Assembly: GCA_027923505.1 (NCBI GenBank)
Contig: BROI01000001.1
Coordinates: forward strand, 1,302,001 to 1,366,000
DNA: 64,000 nt
DNA from: Mayamaea pseudoterrestris
Lineage: Eukaryota
Direction: 5' to 3'
Within the stretch, counting starts at the first letter, position 1, and the number at the start of each line of letters is the position of its first letter. Position numbers and translations under genes: made by a program. Below, in pieces: positions 1 through 11,234 of this stretch. Below the pieces are notes generated by a model, which searched no databases, was not told the origin of the DNA, and saw nothing but the letters and a program-made list of their open reading frames with translations.

Positions 1-14
1 ATCAGCTGAACGTC

Positions 15-1169
15 TTGTCGGCCCTGCAGGGACGCGGCGGTCTCGTCGTCAATCCGCAATTGCAGCAGCAGCAGCAAATGCAGCAGCTTCAACAGTTGCA
101 GCAGCAGCAGCAGCCGCAAATGTTGCATGGATTCGCCTTTCAGCAAATGCTCCAGCAGCAAAACCAGTACAGCAGTCTCATGGCGCTGGCGGCGGCGCAG
201 CAACGTAACGGCGGAAGCAACGCTGCAGCAGCAGGTTTCGGCGTTGGAAATGCAAACAACAATAATGGTATTCCCATGCATCACCATCACCACCCGCAAC
301 TTGGCATGGCGGCAGCGCAGTCACACACCCAACATAACATGGCAGCCTTGTACGCACCATCGGCTTCCCTCGGACCATCGGCAAACTCGACGCGTCACAT
401 TGCTCCCATTACCATTGCCAACCATCCCACCGGACAGGGAGCGGCACTGCCGACACTGTTGGCGCAGCCCGACGACAATTTGAAACTCAGTAGCCAGCAA
501 GTATTTTTGCGTCACCAGATTGAAGCCTTTCGGGCCTGCGAGGATGACATTTTGACGCACACGCGCGGCCGCAACAAGCCCGTGGCCATTGGACAGGTGG
601 GCATACGCTGTCGGTTCTGCAGTCACTTGCAGGTGGCGCGGCGCCAAAAGGGATCCACCTACTTTCCGGCGAGTTTGAACGGATTGTATCAGGCGGCGCA
701 GAATATGGTGAGTACAAGCGAGACGTGAAAGTATAGTGTCGAAGGAGAATGCGCGCGCAAGTACTTAAGTTTGACGCAATCTCATCATGTTCACACTGCC
801 ACTACTACTCTTCACACACAGAACACGTCGCACATGTCATCCGGCATTTGCACCGAAATGCCCTTGGCGGTCAAGCAGGAGTTCCTTCGCTTGTCGACGA
901 CCAAGGAGCAGGCGTCGGCGGCGGGTCGACCGTACTGGGCCAACGCGGCGGCCGCCTTGGGACTGGTGGACACGGAGGATGGAATTCGCCACATTGACGA
1001 CGTGCGAGCGCGCATCACGGCCATGGGTGGTAGTGTGCCGGCGGTGAGTGTACCAACTTTAGCGGCGGCAGCAGTAAACGCTGGAAATAGTGCTGGTGCC
1101 GTTGGTGCAACCGCGACGACTGGTAGTGTGAATGGTGCTGGAACGGATGCGTCGTCGTCATCCATGTGA
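15..1169 (+). CDS. PolyQ protein with a diatom-type Cys/His domain (RGRNKP..GQVGIRCxxC...YFP...YQAAQNM); 5' end probably outside the window; intron 708-821
   Basis: ORFs 15..728 and 771..1169 join in frame through GTGAGT (708) and CACAG (821), giving QAAQNM|NTSHMSSGICTEMP. The ORF track start at 15 is TTG, so the gene probably begins upstream. Confidence 0.8.
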
Positions 1170-1949
1170 AAAGGCACTTTGTGGAGCATTTATGCGAGGG
1201 GAATGTAAAACAGTGACGAGGGTATGCATGTGTGTTGCATGTACGGTAATGTTTCAATTGTTTGCACTGCAAAGTTGCACGATGAGATTGGCATTGCTTG
1301 AGACATAGTGCACGAGCAATGATTTCGTAATAGTCTAGCAGTAAAATAATCACTGTCATCGTAGCAGATAGCAGGGAGCTATGGGGGTTACCCATTTACA
1401 TCCGAGGTTTATCTCGCTAGTACAGAGGTATGGAGGAAGTCCTGGCAGAAGCATTGAAATTTTCGAATTTTAATAAAGCCCCAGGCAATATTGGATGTAA
1501 ATGTCATAAAGAATCCTGCCCCTAACATTGTTTTTTCTACGCGTGAAGCTACCGATCTTTTGTGTAGACATTCATTGCGTTTTGATTGGGTTTCTACCTC
1601 AAATTGTACAGTATGCGGCAGTGTTTTAATGCAACTTGTGTCGCTTGTGCTGTGTCTCTCTCGTGTGCCTCATTGAGTACGTTCTATTTTTGGCAGTGTC
1701 GTTTGACCCATGATTGTATTTCCTCGATGAGTTTTAGTATCGTGTGTTTCCTCTTTGTTGTATTTGTTGTACAGTTTCCATTTGACGAATCAACGGATAT
1801 CAATGTGTGTGTGCTCACATTAATTGTTTGTTGATGTAGAAGTTTCCCTCTTTGAGTCATCTGTTTGCATGTGTTGCGTGCTTTACGTTCTATGTTCTTG
1901 TAGTGCACCTTAAACAAGGATGTCAGAACAATTCTTGCTTGATTGCTCA

Positions 1950-4900
1950 AGCTATGGGCATCTAATAAAAAGCATGGCAGCTGCTGGCTGAGACTGGTGA
2001 CTAGTTGTCACCAATCACATTGCAGTCTACTCATGGACCAGCCAGGCAATGCATCTTGCAATGCACCTTGAATAAAGATGTCAGCGCCATTCCGGCTTGA
2101 CACACACATGGCTCAAGGTATGGGCGTTTGAATAGGATGGTAGCATAACATCTGCTGGCTGAGACTGGTGATAAAATGTCACCAATCACATTGCAGTCTA
2201 CCCAGGGACTAGCCCGGCAATGAATCTTGTAGCGCACCTGATATAAGGATGTTAGCACCATTCTGGCTTGATTGAGGCATGCACACATGGCTCAAGGTAG
2301 GGGCGTTTGAAAGGCATGGCAGCTGCTGGCTGAGACTGGTGACAAGTTATCACCAATCCCATTGCAGCCTACCAAGGGACCAGCCAGGCAAGACATCTTG
2401 TAGCGCACCTGAAATAAGGATGTTAGCACCATTCTGGCTTTCTATAGGGTTACACATGGCTCTAGGTTAGGGCGTATGAAAGGCATGGCAGCTGCTGGCT
2501 GAGACTGGTGACTAGGTATCACCAATCACATTCCAGTTTAGTGAGACACCAGCCAGTCAACTTATCTTGTAGTGCACCTGAAATAAGGAGGTTAGCACCA
2601 TTGTGGCTTAATTGGAGCATACACATGACTCTAAGTATGGGCATTTGAAAGGCATGGCAGCTGCTGGCTGAGGCTGGTGACGAGTTGTCACCAATCCCAT
2701 TGCAGTCTACCCTGGGACCAGCCAGGCAATGCATCATGTAGCTCACCTGCAATAAGGATGTTAGCACCATTCTGGCTTTCTTTAGGCATACACATGGCTC
2801 TAGGTAGGGTGTATGAAAGGCATGGCAGCTGCTGGCTGAGACCGGTGAATAGGTATCAAAAATCACATTCCAGTTGAGTGAGACACCAGCCAGTCAACTT
2901 ATCTTGTAGTGCACCTGAAATAAGGAGGTTAGCACCATTCTGGCTTATTTGGAGCATACACATGACTCTAAGTATGGGCATTTGAAAGGCATGGCAGCTG
3001 CTGGCTGAGGCTGGTGATGAGTTGTCACCAATCCCATTGCAGTCTACCCTGGGACCAGCCAGGCAATGCATCATGTAGCTCACCTGCAATAAGGATGTTA
3101 GCAGCATTCATGCTTGATTTGGGCGTGCACACATGGCTCTAAATATGGGCATTTGAAAGGCATGGCAGCTGCTGGCTGAGACTGGTGACTTGTTGTCACC
3201 AATGTCATTGCAGTCTATGAAAGGACTAGCCAGGCAATGCATCTTGCAGTGCACCTTACAGTAAATTAAGGATGTTAGCACCATTCTGGCTTGATTTGTG
3301 CATGCACACATGGCACTAGGTATGGGACTTTGAAATCATAACATCTTCTGGCTGAGACTGGTGATAAAATGCCACCGATCACATTGTAGTCTACCCAGGG
3401 ACTAGCCCGGCAAAGAATCTCATAGCGCACCTGATATAAGGATGTTAGCACCATTCTGGCTTGATTGAGGCATGCACACATGGCTCAAGGTAGGGGCGTT
3501 TGAAAGGCATGGCAGCTGCTGGCTGAGACTGGTGACTAGTTGTCACCAATGCCTTTGCAGCTGACCAAGGGACCAGCCAGGCAAGGCATCTTGTAGCGCA
3601 CCTGAAATAAGAATGTTAGCACCATTCTGGCTTGGTTTGGGCATGCACATGGCTCTAGGTATGGGTGTTTGAAAGGCATGGCAGCTCCTGGCTGAGACTG
3701 GTGTCAAGTTGTCAGCAACACATTGCAGTCTACGGAAGGACCAGCCAGACAATTCATCTTGTAGCGCACCTGATAAAATGAATGTTAGCAGCATTCTTGC
3801 TTGATTTCCGCATACACATGGCTCGACGTATGGGTGTTTGAAAGGCATGGCAGCTGCTGGCTGAGAATGGTGACACATTGTCACCCATCACATTGCAGTC
3901 TACCCATGGACAAGCCAGGCAATGCATCTTGCAATGCACCTTACAGTAAATTAAGAATGTTAGCACCATTCTGGCTTGATTTGCACATGCATACATGGCA
4001 CTAGGTATGGGCCTTTGAAATCATAACATCTGCTGGCTGAGACTGGTGATAAAATGTCACCCATCACATTGCAGTCTACCCAGGGACTAGCCCGGCAATG
4101 AATCTTGTAGCGCACCTGATATAAGGATGTTAGCACCATTCTGGCTTGATTGAGGCATGCACACATGGCTCAAGGTAGGGGCGTTTGAAAGGCATGGCAG
4201 CTGCTGGCCAAGACTGGTGACAAGGTGTCACCAATCCCATTGCAGTCTACCAAGGGACCAGCCAGGCGAGGCATCTTGTAGCGCACCTGAAATAAGGTTG
4301 TTAGCAGCATTTTTGGCTTGATGTTGGCAAACACATGGCTCTAGGTAGGGGTGTATGAAAGGCATGGGAGCTGCTGACTGAGACTGGTGATAAGTTGTCA
4401 CCAATCCCATTGCAGTCTACAAAGGGACCAGCCAGGCAATGCATCATGTAGCCCACCTGCAATAAGGATGTTTACAGCCTTCTGGCTTGATTTGGGCGTG
4501 CACACATGGCTCAATGGGCGTTAGAAAGGCATGGCAGCTGCTGGCTGAGACTGGTGACTTGCTGTCACCAGTCTCATTGCAGTCTATGAAAGGACCAGCC
4601 AGATGATGCATCTTGCAGTGCACCTTACAGTATATTTAGGATGTTAGCATCATTCTGGCTTGATTTGGGCTTACACATGGCTCTAAGTTTGGGTTTTTGA
4701 AAGGCATGGCAGCTGCTGCCTGAGACTGGTGACAAGTTATCACCAATTCCATTGCAGTCTACCAAGGAACCAGCACCTGAAATAAGAATGTTAGCACCAT
4801 TCTGGCTTGGTTTGGGCATGCACATGGCTCTAGGTATGGGTGTTTGAAAGGCATGGCAGCTGCTGACTGAGACTGGTGATAAGTTGTCACCAATCCCATT

Positions 4901-7900
4901 GCAGTCTACAAAGGGACCAGCCAGGCAATGCATCATGTAGCTCACCTGCAATAAGGATGTTTACAGCCTTCTGGCTTGATTTGGGCGTGCACACATGGCT
5001 CTAAATATGGGCATTTGAAAGGCATGGCAGCTGCTGGCTGAGACTGGTGACTTGTTGTCACCAATCTCATTGCAGTCTATGAAAGGACCAGCCAGGTAAT
5101 GCATCTTGCAGTGCACCTTACAGTAAATTAAAGGATGTTAGCACCATTCTGGCTTGATTTGCGCATGCACACATGGCACTAGGTATGGGCCTTTGAAAGG
5201 CATGGCAGCTGCTGGCTGAGACTGGTGACGAGTTGTCACCAATCCCATTGCAGTCTACCCTGGGACCAGCCAGGCAATGCATCAAGTCATGAAGTAGTTA
5301 CCTGCACCATGTGCAGCTGCTGATTGGCAGAGACCTGGGGAAGAAAGGCATGGCAGCTGCTGGATGAGACTGGTGTCAAGTTGTCAGCAATCACATTGCA
5401 GTCTACCCAGGGACTAGCACGGCAATGCATCATGTAGCTCACCTGCAATAAGGATGTTAGCAGCATTCTGGCTTGATTTGGGCGTGCACACATGGCTCAA
5501 TGGGCGTTAGAAAGGCATGGCAGCTGCTGGCTGAGACTGGTGACTTGTTGTCACCAATCTCATTGCAGTCTATCCATGGACCAGCCAGGCAATGCATCTT
5601 GTAGTGCTCCTAAAATAAGGATGTTAGCAGCATCCTGGCTTGATTTTGGCACACACATGGCTCTAGGTAGGGCGTTTGAAAGGCATGGCAGCTGCTGGCT
5701 GAGACTGGTGACACATTGTCACCAATCACATTGCAGTCTATCCATGGACCAGCCAGGCAATGCATCTTGTAGCACTCCTAAAATAAGGATGTTAGCACCA
5801 TTCTGGCTTAATTGGGGCGTGCAAATTACTCTAAGTATGGGCATTTGAAAGGCATGGCAGCTGCTGGCTGAGACTGGTGGCAAGTTATCGCCAATCCCAT
5901 TGCAGTATACCATGGGACCAGCCAGGCAAGGCATCTTGTAGCGCACCTGAAATAAGGATGTTAGCACCATTCTGGCTTGGTTTGGGCATGCAAATGGCTC
6001 TAGGTATGGGTGTTTGAAAGGCATGGCAGCTGCTGGTTAAAATTGGTGACTAGGTATTACCAATCACTTTCCAGTCTACCAAGAGACCAGCCAGGCAAGG
6101 CATCATTTAATGCACCTGAAATAAGAATGTTAGCACCATTCTGGCTTGATTGAGGCATGCACACATGGCTCAAGGTAGGGGCGTTTGAAAGGCATGGCAG
6201 CTGCTGGCTAAGACTGGTGACAAGTTATCACCAATCCCATTGCAGTCTACCAAGGGACCAGCCAGGCAATGCATCATGTACCTCACCTGCAATAAGGATG
6301 TTTACAGCCTTCTGGCTTGATTTGGGCGTGCACACATGGCTCAATGGGGTTAAAAAGGCATGGCAGCTGCTGGCTGAGACTGGTGACTTGTTGTCACCAA
6401 TCTCATTGCAGTCTATGAAAGGACCAGCCAGGTGATGCTTCATGCAGTGCACCTTACAGTAAATTAAGGATGTTAGCACCATTCTAGCTTGGTTTGGGCA
6501 TGCACATGGCTCTAGGTATGGGTGTTTGAAAGGCATGGCAGCTGCTGGATGAGACTGGTGTCAAGTTGTCAGCAATCACATTGCAGTCTACCCAGGGACT
6601 AGCACGGCAATGCATCATGTAGCTCACCTGCAATAAGGATGTTAGCAGCATTCTGGCTTGATTTGGGCGTGCACACATGGCTCAATGGGCGTTAGAAAGG
6701 CATGGCAGCTGCTGGCTGAGACTGGTGACTTGTTGTCACCAATCTCATTGCAGTCTATCCATGGACCAGCCAGGCAATGCATCTTGTAGTGCTCCTAAAA
6801 TAAGGATGTTAGCACCATTCTGGCTTAATTGGGGCGTACACATTACTCTAAGTATGGGCATTTGAAAGGCATGGCAGCTGCTGGCTGAGACTGGTGGCAA
6901 GTTATCGCCAATCCCATTGCAGTATACCATGGGACCAGCCAGGCAAGGCATCTTGTAGCGCACCTGAAATAAGGATGTTAGCACCATTCTGGCTTGGTTT
7001 GGGCATGCAAATGGCTCTAGGTATGGGTGTTTGAAAGGCATGGCAGCTGCTGGATGAGACTGGTTTCAAGTTGTCAGCAATCACATTGCAGTCTACTCAG
7101 GGACTAGCACGGCAATGCATCATGTAGCTCACCTGCAATAAGGATGTTTACAGCCTTCTGGCTTGATTTGGGCGTGCACACATGGCTCAATGGGGTTAGA
7201 AAGGCATGGCAGCTGCTGGCTGAGACTGGTGACTTGTTGTCACCAATCTCATTGCAGTCTATGAAAGGACCAGCCAGGTGATGCTTCTTGCAGTGCACCT
7301 TACAGTAAATTAAGGATGTTAGCACCATTCTGGCTTGGTTTGGGCATGCACATGGCTCTAGGTATGGGTGTTTGAAAGGCATGGCAGCTGCTGGATGAGA
7401 CTGGTGTCAAGTTGTCAGCAATCACATTGCAGTCTACCCAGGGACTAGCACGGCAATGCATCATGTAGCTCACCTGCAATAAGGATGTTAGCAGCATTCT
7501 GGCTTGATTTGGGCGTGCACACATGGCTCAATGGGCGTTAGAAAGGCATGGCAGCTGCTGGCTGAGACTGGTGACTTGTTGTCACCAATCTCATTGCAGT
7601 CTATCCATGGACCAGCCAGGCAATGCATCTTGCAGTGCACGTAACAGTAAATTAAGGATGTTAGCACCATTCTGGCTTGGTTTGGGCATGCACATGGCTC
7701 TAGGTATGGGTGTTTGAAAGGCATGGCAGCTGCTAGCTGAGAATGGTGACAAATTGTCACCCATCACATTGCAGTCTACCCTTGGACCAGCCAAGTAATG
7801 CATCTTGCAATGCACCTTACAGTAAATTAAGATTGTTAGCACCATTCTGGCTTGGTTTGGGCATGCAAATGGCTCTAGGTATGGGTGTTTGAAAGGCATG

Positions 7901-9230
7901 GCAGCTGCTGGGTGAGATTGGTGACTAGTTATTACCAATTACTTTCCAGTCTACCAAGGGACCAGCCAGGCAAGGCATCATTTAACGCACCTGAAATAAG
8001 GATGTTTGCACCATTCTGGCTTGATTTTGGCACACACATGGCTCTAGGTAGGGCGTTTGAAAGGCATGGCAGCTGCTGGCTGAGACTGGAGACAAGATGT
8101 CACCAATCATATTGCAGTCTACCCATGGACCAGCCAGGCAATGCATCTTGTAGCGCTCCTAAAATAAGGATGTTAGCACCATTCTGGCTCAATTTGGGGT
8201 GTACACATGGCTCTAAGTATGGGCATTTGAAAGGCATGGCAGCTGCTGGCTGAGACTGGTGGCAAGTAATTGCCAATCCCATTGCAGTATACCATAGGAC
8301 CAGCCAGGCAAGGCATCTTGTAGCGCACCTGAAATAAGGATGTTAGCACCATTCTGGCTTTTTTAGGCATACACATGGCTCTAGGAAGGGGTGTATGAAA
8401 GGCATGGCAGCTGCTGGCTGAGACTGGTGACTAGGTATCACCAATCACTTTCCAGTCTACCAAGGGACCAGCCAGGCAAGGCATCATTTAACGCACCTGA
8501 AATAAGGATGTTAGCACCATTCTGGCTTGATTTGGGCATTCACATGGCTCTAGGTTTGGGTGTTTGAAAGGCATGGCAGCTGCTGGCTGAGACTGGTGAC
8601 AAGTTATCACCCATCCCATTGCAGTCTACCAAGGGACCAGCCAGGCAATGCATCATGTAGCTCACCTGCAATAAGGATGTTTACAGCCTTCTGGCTTGAT
8701 TTGGGCAAGCACACATGGCTCAATGGGCGTTAGAAAGGCATGGCAGCTGCTGGCTGAGACTGGTGACTTGTTGTCACCAATCTCATTGCAGTCTATGAAA
8801 GAACCAGCCAGGTGATGCATCTTGCAGTGCACCTTGCAGTAAATTAAGGATGTTAGCACCATTCTGGCTTGATTTGCACATGCACACATGGCACTAGGTA
8901 TGGGCCTTTGAAATCATAACATCTGCTGGCTGAGACTGGTGATAAAATGTGTACCCAGGGACCAGCCAGGCAATGCATCTTGTAGTGCACCTGCAATAAG
9001 GATGTAAGCAGCATTCTGGCTTGATTGAGGCATGCACACATGGCTCAAGATAGGGGCATTTGAAAGGCATGGCAGCTGCTGGCTGAGACTGGTGACTAGG
9101 TATCACCAATCCCATTACAGTCTACCAATGGACCAGCCTGGCAAGGCATCTTGTAGCGCACCTGAAGTAAGGATCCTAGCACCATTCTTGTTTTTATGGG
9201 TCATGGACATGGCTCTGAGAATGTGTTGTT
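1950..9230. repeat. Tandem satellite array A, monomer about 168-175 bp, roughly 40 copies, degenerate copies at both edges
   Basis: The anchor GAAAGGCATGGCAGCTGCTGGCTGAGACTGGTGAC recurs at 2309, 2478, 2647, 2815, 2984, 3155 and onward. The many short ORFs here are just translations of the repeat. Confidence 0.97.
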
Positions 9231-10200
9231 GAACATCATGGTTGCTGCTGGCTGGAAATGGTCAGAAGTCCTCACCCATGTTGGTAGTGTCATGAGCCAA
9301 AATCCAGGCATTCCATCTTGTAGAGCACTCTTATCTTGAGGATTTTGCTAGTTTTCTCTGGTCATGGACATTGTCTGGGTATAAATTGTAAAAATTATGG
9401 CTGCTGCTGGCTGGCACTGGTCAGAAGTTCCCACCAATGAATTTGATGCATCATGAGGCACCAGTCAGGCAAAAAAATTATGTAGTACAGCCTTGTGCAC
9501 CACTTTGTTGGCAGCCAAGTACATTTTCAACAATGTGTTTTATGTGAGGTGTTGGAGTCATGGGCTGGCCAGCAGCTTTCTATATTTGCCGCCTGTTGGC
9601 AACAAATCTGTGTAATCTCTTGCCAGCCACTACACCTCCTAGCAAGCCTTGTGCACAACTTCTTTGTTGCCTCCTACAATCATCTCTACATGCTTGTTGC
9701 AAGTTTTTCCTTCACATTCCTTAGACATTCTGCTACCTGTTTATGCCTATGCACAGCTACTTAATGTGGCACTTGTCAGTGTGATGACTTACTGGGAAGT
9801 CAAATGTTTGGCCTATTTTGCAACCAACTGCATATATATTCATTCACACTACTTTGCATGTTTTGTTAGAGGATTACCACCTTTTCAATAACCTTAGCGC
9901 AAAGGTTGCTTACTCGTACACACATTTGCAGCATTGAATTCAACACATACTGTTATCGAAAGAGAAGTCTATTCAAACACAACCACAACCATAAACCGAG
10001 CCCCCAAGACAGAATTCAGTACACTGTATATACATTTGTTGCAGTCGACAAGTAGATAGCTAGGCAATCGTAGCGGCACCACCTCATCTTTCGAAAGCCG
10101 CACGTTTCGATCATGAGATGGAACAAAACGTTTGTCTCGACATATTTAACCAAAAACCTGCAGCTAGCACATTCCAATCCACTCAATTGCAGTCAACGCC

Positions 10201-11202
10201 ATGTTTCGCAAGCCGAAACGAACCGCCAAGACGGCTTTCCGTCGCAAGGACGATGAGGATGACGTCAATGAACCGACGAACGAATTCGCTTCAAGCAGAG
10301 CTCAAGACGACGACGACGACAATGATGAACCAGATACGACCGAGTTACTAGCCGAGGCCCGTCTGAATAGCAGCATTAACAAAAAGCTCAAGTCGACTGC
10401 ATCGTCATCCGCTTCAACGAGCGGACGAAAGGTGCTCCATACCTTTGACTCTTCCACAGCAACAGCAACTAGCGCGAAACCATCGGAAAAGGACTTGGCC
10501 GTCAGTACAACATCGCACCACTCTGTAGCTGCACTCTCCAATCCCGCTCCCGAGTCCATTGGCTTTGGCTCCGACGGAGTCTTTCGCGATTCGACACGCA
10601 ACAAGTTCCACGCCGGTCCTCTGAGGGCGGCCGCCAGCGTGCGCGTCACGGCCCGCTTCGACTACCAGCCGGACGTTTGCAAGGACTACAAGCAGACGGG
10701 GTTTTGCGGCTACGGCGATACCTGCATTTATTTGCATGATCGGGGCGATTCGCTGTCGGGCTGGCAGTTGGAGGAGCAGTGGCAGTTGCAGCAAAAGGCG
10801 AAGCAGCAGATGCAGCAACAGGAACTGGATGACTACATGAAGCAGCAGCAGCGTCATGGTGGAGCGAAAATGAATACTACTACTCACAGCAGCGACTTAC
10901 AACTCGACGACGGATTGCCCTTTGCCTGTCACTTGTGTCGAAGAGCCTTTGACGAACCGGTTGTGACCAATTGCGCACACTACTTTTGTCAGGCTTGCAT
11001 TTTGAGACATGTGCGCGAAACGTCGGAAGCTTGTCCGATTTGCAGCAAGGATACGCATGGCGTGTTCAATGAGCCGACCAAGCTATTGGCAAAGAAGCGC
11101 AAGTTACTGGGTGCTCATAAGGCCAAGGAGAATGGGTCGTGGAAGGCCTTTTATCAGTTGTTTCATGCGGAGCAGGAAGATGAAAACGACAATGATGAGT
11201 AG
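10201..11202 (+). CDS. CWC24: Pre-mRNA splicing factor Cwc24/RNF113 (CCCH zinc finger + RING)
   Basis: GPLRAAASVRVTARFDYQPDVCKDYKQTGFCGYGDTCIYLHDRGD and LPFACHLCRRAFDEPVVTNCAHYFCQAC...CPICSKDTHGVFN are the family signature motifs. Confidence 0.95.
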   Translation: MFRKPKRTAKTAFRRKDDEDDVNEPTNEFASSRAQDDDDDNDEPDTTELLAEARLNSSINKKLKSTASSSASTSGRKVLHTFDSSTATATSAKPSEKDLAVSTTSHHSVAALSNPAPESIGFGSDGVFRDSTRNKFHAGPLRAAASVRVTARFDYQPDVCKDYKQTGFCGYGDTCIYLHDRGDSLSGWQLEEQWQLQQKAKQQMQQQELDDYMKQQQRHGGAKMNTTTHSSDLQLDDGLPFACHLCRRAFDEPVVTNCAHYFCQACILRHVRETSEACPICSKDTHGVFNEPTKLLAKKRKLLGAHKAKENGSWKAFYQLFHAEQEDENDNDE

Positions 11203-11234
11203 GAGCAGGAAGACGAGAACGACAATGATGAGTA
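11169..11234 (+). repeat. 33 bp tandem duplication spanning the Cwc24 stop codon
   Basis: GGAGCAGGAAGA(T/C)GA(A/G)AACGACAATGATGAGTA occurs twice; the second genomic copy (~46920) has only one unit. Confidence 0.85.

Noticed and set aside
1950..9230. CRISPR array or repetitive protein gene
   Set aside because: The whole monomer repeats with no unique spacers, no cas genes are present, and the ORFs are short, stop-ridden and occur in all frames.
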